From IMG/VR virus record IMGVR_UViG_3300025300_000015, positions 1 through 53,792 of that record: 53,792 nt of DNA; one strand, 5' to 3'. Under the pieces are notes generated by a model. That model did not search any database and had not been told where the DNA came from. It saw nothing but the letters and a program-made list of their open reading frames with translations. Origin of the DNA: a virus (lineage: Duplodnaviria > Caudoviricetes). Below are positions 29,001 through 36,325 of the stretch, piece after piece; within the stretch, counting starts at the first letter, position 1; the number at the start of each line of letters is the position of its first letter. The position numbers and the translations under genes are program-made.

Positions 29001-32000
29001 GGCGGTGGTGTGGCCTTGGCGGCGGGGACAACCTTGGCGGCAGCAGCCACTGCATCTCTGCGAGCGACAGCCCTTGCCTCGCGAGCGTTCGCATACTCCA
29101 GACCAGCGTCTGCTGCTGCTGGATCGCTTTCCCGGACGGAAGCAAGAAGCTCTTCTACATTGCGGAATGGCGCGGGAGCGGGAGCGGCCTCGGGGACAGC
29201 CTCTGCTTCCGGCATCACCTCCTTGCCGTCACGCAAGTGCCGCTTGATGTCTATGGGTTGAATCCCGAGTTGTCGGCCCGTATGCTCCACTACATACGGC
29301 ATGCCGCTCTCTTCGTCTATCCGAACCACTTCTCCCTGATCGGCCCTAAACCCCACTCGTCCCTCTCCACCATAATCAAGAACATCTCCAACCCTCACGT
29401 CAGCAGTATCCACTACGGGCCTGAACGTGGAGGTGTCCAAGGGGAACGCAAGCAACTTGCCGTCAGTCTCCGTCCTGACAACCGCTTGTCCGCCCTCGGC
29501 TTTCACCAAGGTTCCGACGTGAGAGTTGCCATCAGCGTCGGTAACGCGAATCAGGCTTTTGCGGGGGGCCTCTTTATGTTGCTTGGCAATCGCCCTCACG
29601 CCCCCTTCGGTGACACGGTCGGTGGGAGCAAGTGGTTCAGTTTCTACAGGGGCGGTCTGATCTGACACCTCTTCGGGCAGTGCATCGATTTCCGCTTGAA
29701 GTCCGAGAGGAAGACCAACGGACAGCCTGTCAAGTTCCTCCGTAGAGACAACATCTTCGGCAGCGGCATCGCCAGCGGCCTCTATATCTTCAGCGGAGGG
29801 AGCGAGAGCGGTGGATGGAGTGGTTATATCCGAGACCACGACATCCGGTTCTATCCCGGTTTGCCCTGCTTTACCCGCTCTCGCCTTCTCCGCGTCTAGT
29901 CTGGCTTGTTCGTCCGCTTGTTGCTGTTGCTTTGCTTGTGCTTCTGCGTCCAGTTTGGCTTGTTCCGCTTCGGACGGCTCTCCCAATTCATACAACTCTA
30001 TTTCTTTTTTTAATTTATTTGCCCCCTCCTCTGGGTTGGCAAGGGCGTCTTCTCCACGTCTATTCAAATCTTCCAAGACAAGGGAAAGAACTTCCCGGTG
30101 CTTGGGCGAAGTCTTGGGATCATCAATACGCTTTTGAAGTGTCTTGCGAGTCCTCTCAACATCAACAGGAGTAGGACGGAATAATTTCTCCAGACCCATA
30201 GCAGTCGTCTGGATAGCAACACCGGGGATCATGAACCCGATCAATTCTGTCAGGAGTTGCTTCCCCTCTGGCCTGTTATAGCCATCAATCGGGGCCATCA
30301 TAAACTCGTTGAGTCGCTCCTCCCCCATCTCCACAGCCGCTCCATCCCAACCGGCAAATTCCACCAATTTCTTAAATCTGGAGGCTTTGGGAACCTTCCC
30401 TTGCGCCTTCTGGGCTTCTGCCCAACCACGGAATATGCCAATCTTCACAAGTCTCTCTCTAGTTTCTTTAGGCAGTTTCGCCCAGACCACGCCCAAGACA
30501 TTCTTGGCACCTTTGCCAGAGAACTCGGACAAAATCTCGGACACCGTGGAAGTGTAGCCTTCTCCAAACGCCCGCAGAATCGACTTGTCTGGCTTTATTA
30601 TTAGTGCGCGCAGGTTTCCGGCATCATCCTCGGTAAACGACATCGCTGGCATCAGGCGTTGCAGTCCGTTTTGTATAGTGCGAACGGACATTACCGTTGC
30701 TGCGCCCTTGGCACTCAAAGCTACCGTTTTGGCCAAGGCAGACCCCAATGTTGCGATGACTCGCTTTTGTTTTACTAAAAGTGAAGGCTTGAGAGAACGC
30801 CCCCTTGCTCCTCTCCCTCTTAATGCCGCGATCTCTAGCCCGAATGCCGGAAGCATAGCCAGAAGGTCTACAACCCCCGCCCCAAATCCCTTGCCCCGGA
30901 CAACCTCCTCTGTCAGTTCCTCGTAACGGTTTCGCAAGTCTTTTAGTTCTGACTGGGTGGGTTCGTAGCCTTCATGAATTCTCTCAGCCAACACAATGGT
31001 GTCTGCCATACTCGCAGCCAGATCAACCTGACCCACAATGGGCAGCATCCTCTTCCAATTCCTTCCCCACCGTCCCATTTGTTCCACCGTGCCTATTTCA
31101 GGCTTGTCGAAATCGCCATGCAGTCCCATTGCGCGATTTAACGCACGCATCTGGTTGTCGGTCATAACGTCGGCGTCATCCTCCGAATGCCCTAACGTGC
31201 GAAGCTGATCGAATATATTTTGCCTTACATCCCGAAGTTGTACTTTTAACTTGCTCTCCTGTTCGGGATCAGATTTGCCAGTAACCGACCGGTAAATCGC
31301 TTTCGGGTCAATTTTTTCTAAACTTGGTCCCAAGCCAGCAAGCTTGGCAACTCCGGGGAACCTGCTCCAAATGTCCGGATCAGATTTGGCCTGGCGCACC
31401 TTTCTAAAAGTGTCACGGGCTGTTATCGGCTTCTCCGCCTCGGCAACCTCTGGAGCCACTGGAGGCTTCTCCGCCTCGGCAACCTCTGGAGCCACTGGAG
31501 GCTTCTCCGCCTCGGCAACCTCTGGAGCCACTGGAGGCTTCTCCGCCTCGACAACCTCTGGAAGTTTCTTCCCCATCACTTCCTCGTAGGAGTACACCTC
31601 CTTCTCGACGGAAGGCTCCGGGAGTTTCTTTCCCATTACCTCCTCGTAAGTGAACGTCTCCCTTTCAGCGGGTTCAACAGCTACGGCCTCCTCGACGGGA
31701 GGCTTGCGTAAAAGTTCTGGTGGAGGTTCAACAGCAGGCGGTTCGCGAAGACGCTCTGGCGGAGGCACGACGGCGGGGGGCTTGCGAAGAAGTTCCGATG
31801 GAGGCGGAACAGCCGGAGGTTTGCGAAGGGGTTTCGGCGGAGGCGGAGGCGCGGCTATTGCGGCAGCCGCTGCGGGCGGCTCAACCATTGGTCTCCCCAT
31901 CACCTCTTCAAAAGAAAACGTCTCCTTCTTCTTCTTCTTCTTCTTCTTGGTCCCCATCACCTCTTCAAATGTGAAGGTTTCTTTCTCTTCCTCGGGAACG

Positions 32001-32080
32001 GCAACATCAACTGACGGGTCCGACAGCAAACCCGTATAGGGAACTCTCTCCGAATATGGATCGAAGATGCCATTAGCCAC
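20063..32080 (-). CDS. Giant 4005-aa polyvalent internal virion/ejection protein
   Basis: Last gene of the structural arm. Repeat-rich N-terminus, hydrophobic segments, HEIVH zincin motif, HhH-like domain, class I SAM (CmoA-like) domain, helical C-terminus. Confidence 0.85.
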   Translation of the reverse strand: MANGIFDPYSERVPYTGLLSDPSVDVAVPEEEKETFTFEEVMGTKKKKKKKKETFSFEEVMGRPMVEPPAAAAAIAAPPPPPKPLRKPPAVPPPSELLRKPPAVVPPPERLREPPAVEPPPELLRKPPVEEAVAVEPAERETFTYEEVMGKKLPEPSVEKEVYSYEEVMGKKLPEVVEAEKPPVAPEVAEAEKPPVAPEVAEAEKPPVAPEVAEAEKPITARDTFRKVRQAKSDPDIWSRFPGVAKLAGLGPSLEKIDPKAIYRSVTGKSDPEQESKLKVQLRDVRQNIFDQLRTLGHSEDDADVMTDNQMRALNRAMGLHGDFDKPEIGTVEQMGRWGRNWKRMLPIVGQVDLAASMADTIVLAERIHEGYEPTQSELKDLRNRYEELTEEVVRGKGFGAGVVDLLAMLPAFGLEIAALRGRGARGRSLKPSLLVKQKRVIATLGSALAKTVALSAKGAATVMSVRTIQNGLQRLMPAMSFTEDDAGNLRALIIKPDKSILRAFGEGYTSTVSEILSEFSGKGAKNVLGVVWAKLPKETRERLVKIGIFRGWAEAQKAQGKVPKASRFKKLVEFAGWDGAAVEMGEERLNEFMMAPIDGYNRPEGKQLLTELIGFMIPGVAIQTTAMGLEKLFRPTPVDVERTRKTLQKRIDDPKTSPKHREVLSLVLEDLNRRGEDALANPEEGANKLKKEIELYELGEPSEAEQAKLDAEAQAKQQQQADEQARLDAEKARAGKAGQTGIEPDVVVSDITTPSTALAPSAEDIEAAGDAAAEDVVSTEELDRLSVGLPLGLQAEIDALPEEVSDQTAPVETEPLAPTDRVTEGGVRAIAKQHKEAPRKSLIRVTDADGNSHVGTLVKAEGGQAVVRTETDGKLLAFPLDTSTFRPVVDTADVRVGDVLDYGGEGRVGFRADQGEVVRIDEESGMPYVVEHTGRQLGIQPIDIKRHLRDGKEVMPEAEAVPEAAPAPAPFRNVEELLASVRESDPAAADAGLEYANAREARAVARRDAVAAAAKVVPAAKATPPPLPTAKVTPPPLSQEQIDAQKATEAGEAEPDTVVTPVDISSRGMLDREHDQLETLLKVIDPDAKVDRERGVATFRLKRSDGTAKTVHIAMVEEISGRGMGPHVQRAWDSFFRRYGRAPNAPRGVALPGVSMRMADTGEVIESDFVIAIGSNAEVSTIPHEIVHLAAATVLSESELDTLARRYAPEAANPEEGLATAIGNRAEAFQNDPLWRKVVEFFSRLIDTAMPTEAAAARNLMRDIESGRIFRRVESVDRAPSGSKFEAGGQASTYIFEVTDEFGNVREEAVRDVSMSRAKHRLNRELTSAAGADVRFISKSEPASFEETLTPPADLEEVGRPRKVKFDEETKTWPDGQFFPIGDRLNSVFLREELLSLVPSREELEGLDEGKKKGIWKNRKLDKGTRVGLRIDIPFFLRTGKYVIAIHAPRPTPNSYDFIARLKGPVTFSTPAIDAKARGVLFGGQIKSPFAVVTGVLDKTPINPEDVADIPDIDSWVPVGFNPHKATFYYDKRSGREVKSGTDAISIGNTVYTRSEDIEYGDRVVPTGEPSYEILQKAMEEPKGTEKEAGVSARFIRKVDAKNKQGDSVVMGGIPESKPTMPLDTWLQKVADAAGMPRRDVESLLEDYIGRHARGDTPENSARVLTTASDSGISFEEGKAIEAYDGARGRLGEEAAARLGGKRNKASVKSKINTAAESIYKTFHSRPVPDSEVRELAKKLAGEYAPETYEYYRRVVLAAEGAAHLAASGEHKMPFDKWQRAMQRKHGKKFVDAELYGMSNALLKRMTDVGATIPEMKEMTGSYERGEYAKDWYTDQYPGFLNLFGKKLIDFVLQALTVTSTNTTIKANTSLGLRSIDAVIKGRDPQGLMNTVANMLRDAMQGKRFGGNKLYNFYRALMGDTEAVVIDRWMLRAFGFTISEDNPKAAINSATMQQYQFIEAYIRQIARRTGATPVQVQSAIWTTHKGEHQIREGDALVDYVHDISDRIEKLYGKRLKGQHLRIAFWESYGLLTETNPERKIYGPAQVAVEATPNATTGVLPGMADATYEQRQEYTDDIRAAIKPHVDRYIEDLGLNMTLEFSGPGLFLGDRNPGFQLVFKTRAEGRSTLSRKLSPTHHKALRDLSAFLGYYLRQEAVAFHRPFYTTTKKRADGSEFRIDPQYKVKRKKDKKTGKITETSKFESGRVINDAEMDRLYDAVIKVFGEKSGNDVAIVPAADGVRLLNFSNTSNPVFHNLVEKAYNIAFPEGSVDIAMFRNVNGGYIANDWKVDTNGESYIKRIRRSGRPNVLRGLHGELSEAVTGVNTVYSSKHGWGNPGQFVSDIVEEADRIRIGELTGEFQETGVPEDVRERAGQRRERIRGETLEGDGRGYTNFFSDVTEGKRDKSKVPYDRVIPLGKRKSFSDDYDEHRGNFDDHIAKSIPGFADVQVMVGDAIARTYGDRDSSMVDIGASEGSLVKTITQRSDGNVRTLGVDPNVAMASFFRDHSTVPGSSYAMQAFATDEGWVEDDGTVITPWQPTEKYDVAHEAMVFQFISNTRNAQIREMKRILKPDGVAVVEEKVSFNPLNVKDRVKWDSNENHKNEYKEKYFDLETLKKKERDVLEREVEGMHELMVPQGELEATLRKHFKHVVMFWEAGNFKGYAASDSRIAVDRLVANIGDTNTEFTVGEATPHAAVEVQFEETPIRITKPLRRRAEAYKYAPGEPGVESGQIEKAVRRSKTRGPSKAIRTFIEEATGIRPDPDIEDLAEFYAQQVSKAELKYAKESAFKSGQKAVTKQAKDFVALTSTREELFDQVDALHPRLHSKLKADIHKAKSKADLSRIAKRMNKYWLQGHVSEPVAVLTGSDALAIALRGQRKGAEAAWRSGKAEGKGVAEAVTRELQKLIKQIKLINPKEHKKLLERLANARTPGQLEAVAKSMNRKYMQALTRGEAPGEMVMTAMEALRLAKRSESTGSHQGYRSGRVDLNASQIQLLEFANEHLPKHLRSRVMKSIIVNARTPSSRKRFVVAVNRMVERFEKQEAISFLKQQLKSFKRKGRKHRLESDIENRIDALMDGIDLVKRTPKTLTRLRKLMDAVRQQVSDSPLDGIVDSNALNIPDAMYTRAKEILSKDRTISQLSVDEVKSLGAAINTLLRQNADRQVLRTAIRERNKSEAGRAAMRNAEIAHPTKLGSKATSEEMPKLNSLKWFAWFSKTNWMNKVKLLVGDNNETHKILVDDLLEAENLRREYVHEAQTYLQRALKRIGYSPEKLEAVSGAYAKGRIVRKAKPFLEKNKIKIILPTATWGPTGTRVGELSLTPMEYASLLLHLADPSTRRELLRNPQQGLRIRSQATSAKRPIKLREGDMREIMRNAPADVVAVADAIQFDINGRLRNQLNEVWQRIFGYPLVTGESIYMPRRRYRGGRDDVDYAAQPESLLGGYVSERLDQQGIFLERGASNDPFVIDDALGEYFMYVQRTAAMAAKSEPIANAMRILNYKAPGKSGESFKQTVRDRLQRADTYFKSMEDHLRKFGGVDTTQPGVLSALIGKLIRPLHVANLGLKPYIWFYQMVSMNTAGQYIGRKHLYNPKNEGRLHPNRIKEEMVANSPLIRDRVEGGGHQIITAFARTNALRQFLGGENDNIFVRKSMQGILEADLIVIRAIWGAAKMEGRDKGLSGQELMDYTKKKAEFVINYSQPTWDTLTSSEQINYARQNQAVALVFGLFYSSQRDKNFNMNFDAALTARQEVREGKDPRAAYSKFAYNVAHTSFVSGFSVALIRRAYWWMFGLGLAAIGFGDDDDDFWADVFHDSITRTLGGSWIGVGDWVGYAYTGVKAFLETGEARDLAKGLRRNILAESVDRFVVGTVGETASMLWNADMLIRSFTDQENLTDKEKKKLANGAYLSKKIDQILTGTGMLGVPTPGIMAHARKFMPHTKPTRVSLYGNMAKAAKRRDKKSVRSRIAALKKMGASRSQLYSSIKNRKKNGMMDGDTADWLKNEVNLYY
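31428..31562 (-). repeat. 36-bp coding tandem repeat (~3.7 copies, AEKPPVAPEVAE)
   Basis: GGCTTCTCCGCCTCGGCAACCTCTGGAGCCACTGGA occurs as three perfect copies plus a partial copy. Confidence 0.95.
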
Positions 32081-34164
32081 TAGACAGTCTCAAATTGATT
32101 GGTATTGGAATTCCACCGGACCCTTTTGCCGTTGTACATCTTCTCGGCTCCATGAGTAATTCCGCTTTGGCCTCTATCCGGCACTTGCCCTGCTGGCTGC
32201 CGTCCTTGTGGCAACGCGAGTGACGAAGGAGGCTGCGATACGGATGCAGGCTCCCTAGCAAGAGGAGGCTCCCCTGTAGCCCCCGCTCCCCTAAGCAGGG
32301 CCGTAACTCCGGGAATAGGCGGCAGTCCGGTCTGATTCCCAATTTCTTGGTCCTTACTTACTGTTGCCGGGCTTATAGGTTGCCTGTCAGGTGGCCTGTC
32401 ATCGGTCTCGGCAGCAGCTTCCCCAGTAGGACGGACGTGCCGTAGAAAGCCCAAGAACTTCTGGACTTCTTCCGACTGGTCTCCATGCTCTAGGCTTTCA
32501 AAATTTTGTATCTCTCGGGTAATAACCCTGAGAATCCTTCTCTTATCGTTCTCATCGGTAGCCGAAGAAAGTTGATTGGCCCACCCTTGCAGGTCTTCCA
32601 TCTTCGCGGCTAATCCAGGATTCTCCGCTTCAACTTTTTTAATGGAAGATTCTCCCTCGATTCTCAATACAGTCTGGTTGTACAAGTCGGGGTACAATTC
32701 CCTGATACTCTGTCGCATTACAGCTTGCGCCTTTGGGTTATCTTCTTTTTCTATCGCTACATAGGCGTCCGTAAAACCCCTGAGCCTTGCAATTTTGTCT
32801 TTGGTCTTACTACTATCGATCAGATTGATTGCTGTGGTGCCTTCCTTTAACTGTTTCTGCAACGCTGCAATAGTCTTCTCCGCGTTGGGGAGGGCTACCC
32901 CTACGGCGTCCTTAAATACCTGATACTTAGCCTTTTCTTCTCTTTGTATTTGCTCCCATCTCTGGGCTGCCGCCTCACTAGTTTCCCTGTTTTGAGATTT
33001 CATTGCTTGCGCGACGGCATTTTTTTCGTCCAGCAACCTGTCGTAGCTTTGCTTCTCCATCTCAAGCCACTTCTGCCAGTGTTCAGGCCCAGCCTTTATC
33101 GTCGCCATCTCCCTTTCATGCGTCCGCCTGCCCGCAATCGCCTTGTCCACATTCGCTTGGTCCTCCACCATCGCCACATACTCGCCATACCGCATGCCTC
33201 TTTGCTTGGCGGTTTTGATGTCAAGCCTGCGTTGCTCAAGCTGTTCCGGCGTCTCTCTACCTGCCCCGGACCATCGTTTAACGCGACCGGAATCAGGAAG
33301 ACCAAAGGCTTGATCGGGGGGAACTTCCGCCAAACCCGGCCTCGCCTCGAAAATGCTTTGTCCGGCCTGTGGCTCGCCCTCAAACAGTCCACCCTCTGGC
33401 GCATCGGATCGTGGAATGCCTTCAAAAATGCTGGGGCCAGCTTCTACCTGTGCCGCAGCCTGCTGTTGCTGTTCCGGAGTTCTGTACAAACTCTCGCGGG
33501 AGAATGGCGTACCGGCTAGAGGCTCTGCCCCCGCCACCTCGCCGCCGGGAGGAGGGAATTGGACGCCAGTGCCGGGGCCAGTGCCGGGGAGTGGAGCCGG
33601 TGTGACGGCAGCGTCAGCCTGTTGTTGTATACCGGACTGCGGGACGACAGCGTCAGCCTGTTGCTGGGGTGGCTCACCGCGTAATGCTGCGAGCCTCTCC
33701 TTTACAGGGATTGATTGATCGACCTTTAGATGCTCCCATGTAGCCGCCGTATCACGCCCAGGCACTCCGATTGGGTTTGAATAGAATTTCTCCCTAGCGG
33801 TCTGTGGCTGCCCCGTCGGCACGGCAGCAGCACCAGCTTGGGGAGGTGTCCTGACCGGAGTCCTGTACAAATTCTCGCGGGCGGTAAGTTGCGGGCCTTG
33901 GGCTGTTGCTGCGGTTGGGGCAGCTATTGCTGCCGGGGGCTTCGTCTCCCTCTTGCGGAGCATCGGGGGAGGCCCACCTGCCGCTGACACACCCGGCCTC
34001 GGCGGGCCGACAGCCCGTTTAGCGACCTTTTTCGTAGCCTTGGGCGGGGTCTTTTTCTTTTTCTTGGCCAACAAGGATGACGCAACGCCCGTGGGTGGCA
34101 GGTCGAAGGCCCGGTTTCTTGGGGGCTGTTGATTGCTGCCGTAACGTGAATTATTGATTGCCAC
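32080..34164 (-). CDS. Probable internal virion (ejection) protein, 694 aa
   Basis: Pro/Gln/Ala-rich disordered N-half and coiled-coil C-half; coupled to the giant gene. Confidence 0.65.
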   Translation of the reverse strand: MAINNSRYGSNQQPPRNRAFDLPPTGVASSLLAKKKKKTPPKATKKVAKRAVGPPRPGVSAAGGPPPMLRKRETKPPAAIAAPTAATAQGPQLTARENLYRTPVRTPPQAGAAAVPTGQPQTAREKFYSNPIGVPGRDTAATWEHLKVDQSIPVKERLAALRGEPPQQQADAVVPQSGIQQQADAAVTPAPLPGTGPGTGVQFPPPGGEVAGAEPLAGTPFSRESLYRTPEQQQQAAAQVEAGPSIFEGIPRSDAPEGGLFEGEPQAGQSIFEARPGLAEVPPDQAFGLPDSGRVKRWSGAGRETPEQLEQRRLDIKTAKQRGMRYGEYVAMVEDQANVDKAIAGRRTHEREMATIKAGPEHWQKWLEMEKQSYDRLLDEKNAVAQAMKSQNRETSEAAAQRWEQIQREEKAKYQVFKDAVGVALPNAEKTIAALQKQLKEGTTAINLIDSSKTKDKIARLRGFTDAYVAIEKEDNPKAQAVMRQSIRELYPDLYNQTVLRIEGESSIKKVEAENPGLAAKMEDLQGWANQLSSATDENDKRRILRVITREIQNFESLEHGDQSEEVQKFLGFLRHVRPTGEAAAETDDRPPDRQPISPATVSKDQEIGNQTGLPPIPGVTALLRGAGATGEPPLAREPASVSQPPSSLALPQGRQPAGQVPDRGQSGITHGAEKMYNGKRVRWNSNTNQFETV

Positions 34165-34175
34165 GAGAGTACTCC

Positions 34176-35474
34176 TTAACTGGCACCGATGACCAGAGTT
34201 ATATTTCTGCCTAGATTTAGCGTCACATCCGCCATGTTGATCTGATCCAAGTCGATGTCAGGGGTAGCGGAATAAGTGAACTTGGCGTTCGGGTCGTTGA
34301 TAGTAACCGGACCCTTCACGGTAATCTTTTTGCTTATCGTCTTCGTACCCATGGTCCGGCTGTTGTCCAAGACGGCTTCGTCCGCCATGGTGATAAGGGC
34401 ATCGGTGCCGTGAGCATAAGAAGCCACCGAGTCCGTATTCAACCGCCCGGTGCCACGGAGAAGAATCGAAGAGGTGATGCCCCCGACCTTCTGGGTATAG
34501 ACTCCGGCATCAACGGTCACTCCGATGGTGCAAGTATGAGCGGTGCAGTAGCCTCCGGTCTGGACGACATTCGGCCCCTTAGTGGTTGTAGTTTGCACCG
34601 TGTCGCCCCCGATGGTCACATACGCATCACTGGCCTGATTGTCCAGATAGTTGATATTTATGTTGTCCACGCGGGATGTTCCGGTATTGCCGGGTTCAAC
34701 CCCAAGGCCGACGTTGCCCTTGTTGATGTATATGTCGGAAATTGCGGTCCCCTTCAAGGAAAGGCCGTATTGGCCCGTAGTGGGGGTGAATGTCCTATTG
34801 ATCTCCGGGTCCACATTGCTGCTGCCGATGTCGATCCAAGCCTGACCGGCTCCGGCAAAACGGAACACCTTGCCACTGGCTAGGGCAATCTTGAAATAAG
34901 CGTTGTCGGTCCCGCCGATTTGGCCGCTATAGCCCTCATCGACGACAAACTGAGTGTGTGCAGTGGTTTGGGCGGCACCGGTTCCGCTGCTGGTAAGTCC
35001 ATACAGTATTGACCCGGCACCGGCGGCAACGGTAACGGAGTCGGTGTCTGCGGCAATGACCTCGCCATCCCAGTTTTCTGCCTGATGCCAGACATTCGGA
35101 CCCGAGTTGCTGGTCGTAGCGGTGGAGGTCCCCCAAGTCGGGGTACTCGATCCGCTAGACGTGGTTGCGGCGACCCGGAACGGCACGCCAGCAGTTTTGG
35201 CGGTCAGGGTAAGGGCGATTGAAGTGTGGGACGCCGTAACCCGCTGCACAACCTCGCTGGGATCGTTGTTCCAGAGACTGGTGAAGTTGGCGAGAAGAAG
35301 AGATGTCGCGGGATCACTGGTTCCAACTTGCGTGTAAACCACTCGGCTGATCGACCCGTCCTCTCCTGTAGCCGAGATGTACCACTTTACTGCGCCTGAT
35401 CCGCGAGCAACTCCGGACCATGTATTAACCTGCTTTATCGCAGGAGCGTTACCTACAAACTTTTTAACAGCCAT
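34176..35474 (-). CDS. Tail spike/fibre-like beta-rich structural protein
   Basis: Thr/Gly/Ser-rich, WHQAENW, repeated beta-helix-like strands. Confidence 0.6.
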   Translation of the reverse strand: MAVKKFVGNAPAIKQVNTWSGVARGSGAVKWYISATGEDGSISRVVYTQVGTSDPATSLLLANFTSLWNNDPSEVVQRVTASHTSIALTLTAKTAGVPFRVAATTSSGSSTPTWGTSTATTSNSGPNVWHQAENWDGEVIAADTDSVTVAAGAGSILYGLTSSGTGAAQTTAHTQFVVDEGYSGQIGGTDNAYFKIALASGKVFRFAGAGQAWIDIGSSNVDPEINRTFTPTTGQYGLSLKGTAISDIYINKGNVGLGVEPGNTGTSRVDNININYLDNQASDAYVTIGGDTVQTTTTKGPNVVQTGGYCTAHTCTIGVTVDAGVYTQKVGGITSSILLRGTGRLNTDSVASYAHGTDALITMADEAVLDNSRTMGTKTISKKITVKGPVTINDPNAKFTYSATPDIDLDQINMADVTLNLGRNITLVIGAS

Positions 35475-35550
35475 TATTAGGCATCCTTGCCTTGAATTTT
35501 GAGTTCCCTATTGCATAGTAGCATCACAACATCGTGGTTGTCGCCGTTAT

Positions 35551-35868
35551 TCACCGATACGGCAAAAGTCGGTTCAGCTTCTTTTGCCGCTTGCGGCATC
35601 CGCCGCACTTCTTGATCCCCATTTTCGACGTGACCTTGGCTATGCTGTCGCCAAGACCTCTGGATGGCACGTCTGGCACAGAAATCTTAGACTGCCCCGC
35701 ATCCCCAATCCAGTGCTTGGCACTGACCTTCTCAAAATCCTCTTGGGTCATCCAGAACCAGTCCCCGGCGGAATCGAATGCCTTGTCTCGTACATCGGAC
35801 AAGAAGTCCGAGCGGTGCCGAGGTGCTGCTTCGACGTGAGCCTTCCACGATAATCGGATCTTGTCCAT
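35551..35868 (-). CDS. Conserved small phage protein (GLGD...CGGC..RQ..LN family)
   Basis: RGLGDSIAKVTSKMGIKKCGGCRKRQKKLNRLLPY. Confidence 0.75.
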   Translation of the reverse strand: MDKIRLSWKAHVEAAPRHRSDFLSDVRDKAFDSAGDWFWMTQEDFEKVSAKHWIGDAGQSKISVPDVPSRGLGDSIAKVTSKMGIKKCGGCRKRQKKLNRLLPYR

Positions 35869-35876
35869 TATATCTC

Positions 35877-36284
35877 CTATCTGAACGGATCTTCCCCTTT
35901 CTCTACAATACCCTTGACATCTATGGTCGATACCAGCATATTACCGCCACAGGCATACAGAACGCGGTAAACCCCCTGCGGCTCCCAATGCGGGCCAAAT
36001 CCAGCCCAGATGTAGTCGTCTAAAGCACAGTGGTCGCATGCAATCTGGAGTATCCATCCGCATTCGTGCTGGTTTGACCTCCGGACGCGAGTGAAGAAGT
36101 GGTTAAGACCCTTGCTATCGAACCTGTTTTGGCTCGGGTTATCGATACGGTATGTGCATCTGGTTTCGTCGTAGTCCCGGAGAATGCCGTTCCAGTCATG
36201 ATTCCCACCCCCGTCGCAATCGGAACAGGTAGACAGCCCGGAAATGTCAACCAAGAGCCGCAGGGGGAAATCGCAACATGCCAT
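35877..36284 (-). CDS. Cys-rich tail-region protein
   Basis: MACCD start; GAGG RBS. Confidence 0.65.
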   Translation of the reverse strand: MACCDFPLRLLVDISGLSTCSDCDGGGNHDWNGILRDYDETRCTYRIDNPSQNRFDSKGLNHFFTRVRRSNQHECGWILQIACDHCALDDYIWAGFGPHWEPQGVYRVLYACGGNMLVSTIDVKGIVEKGEDPFR

Positions 36285-36325
36285 CGGTAAATCGCCTCAG
36301 TCGCTGCTACACGCACGCCCGGTGT

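Noticed and set aside
31428-31562. 36-bp repeats as a CRISPR array
   Set aside because: The repeats are head-to-tail with no spacers and are in frame within a CDS. No cas genes are present.
20063-32080. Virion RNA polymerase or DarB-type SNF2 helicase in the giant protein
   Set aside because: I saw no DxDGD motif, no T7-type polymerase motifs, no Walker A/DEAH motifs and no NPPY/F motif.
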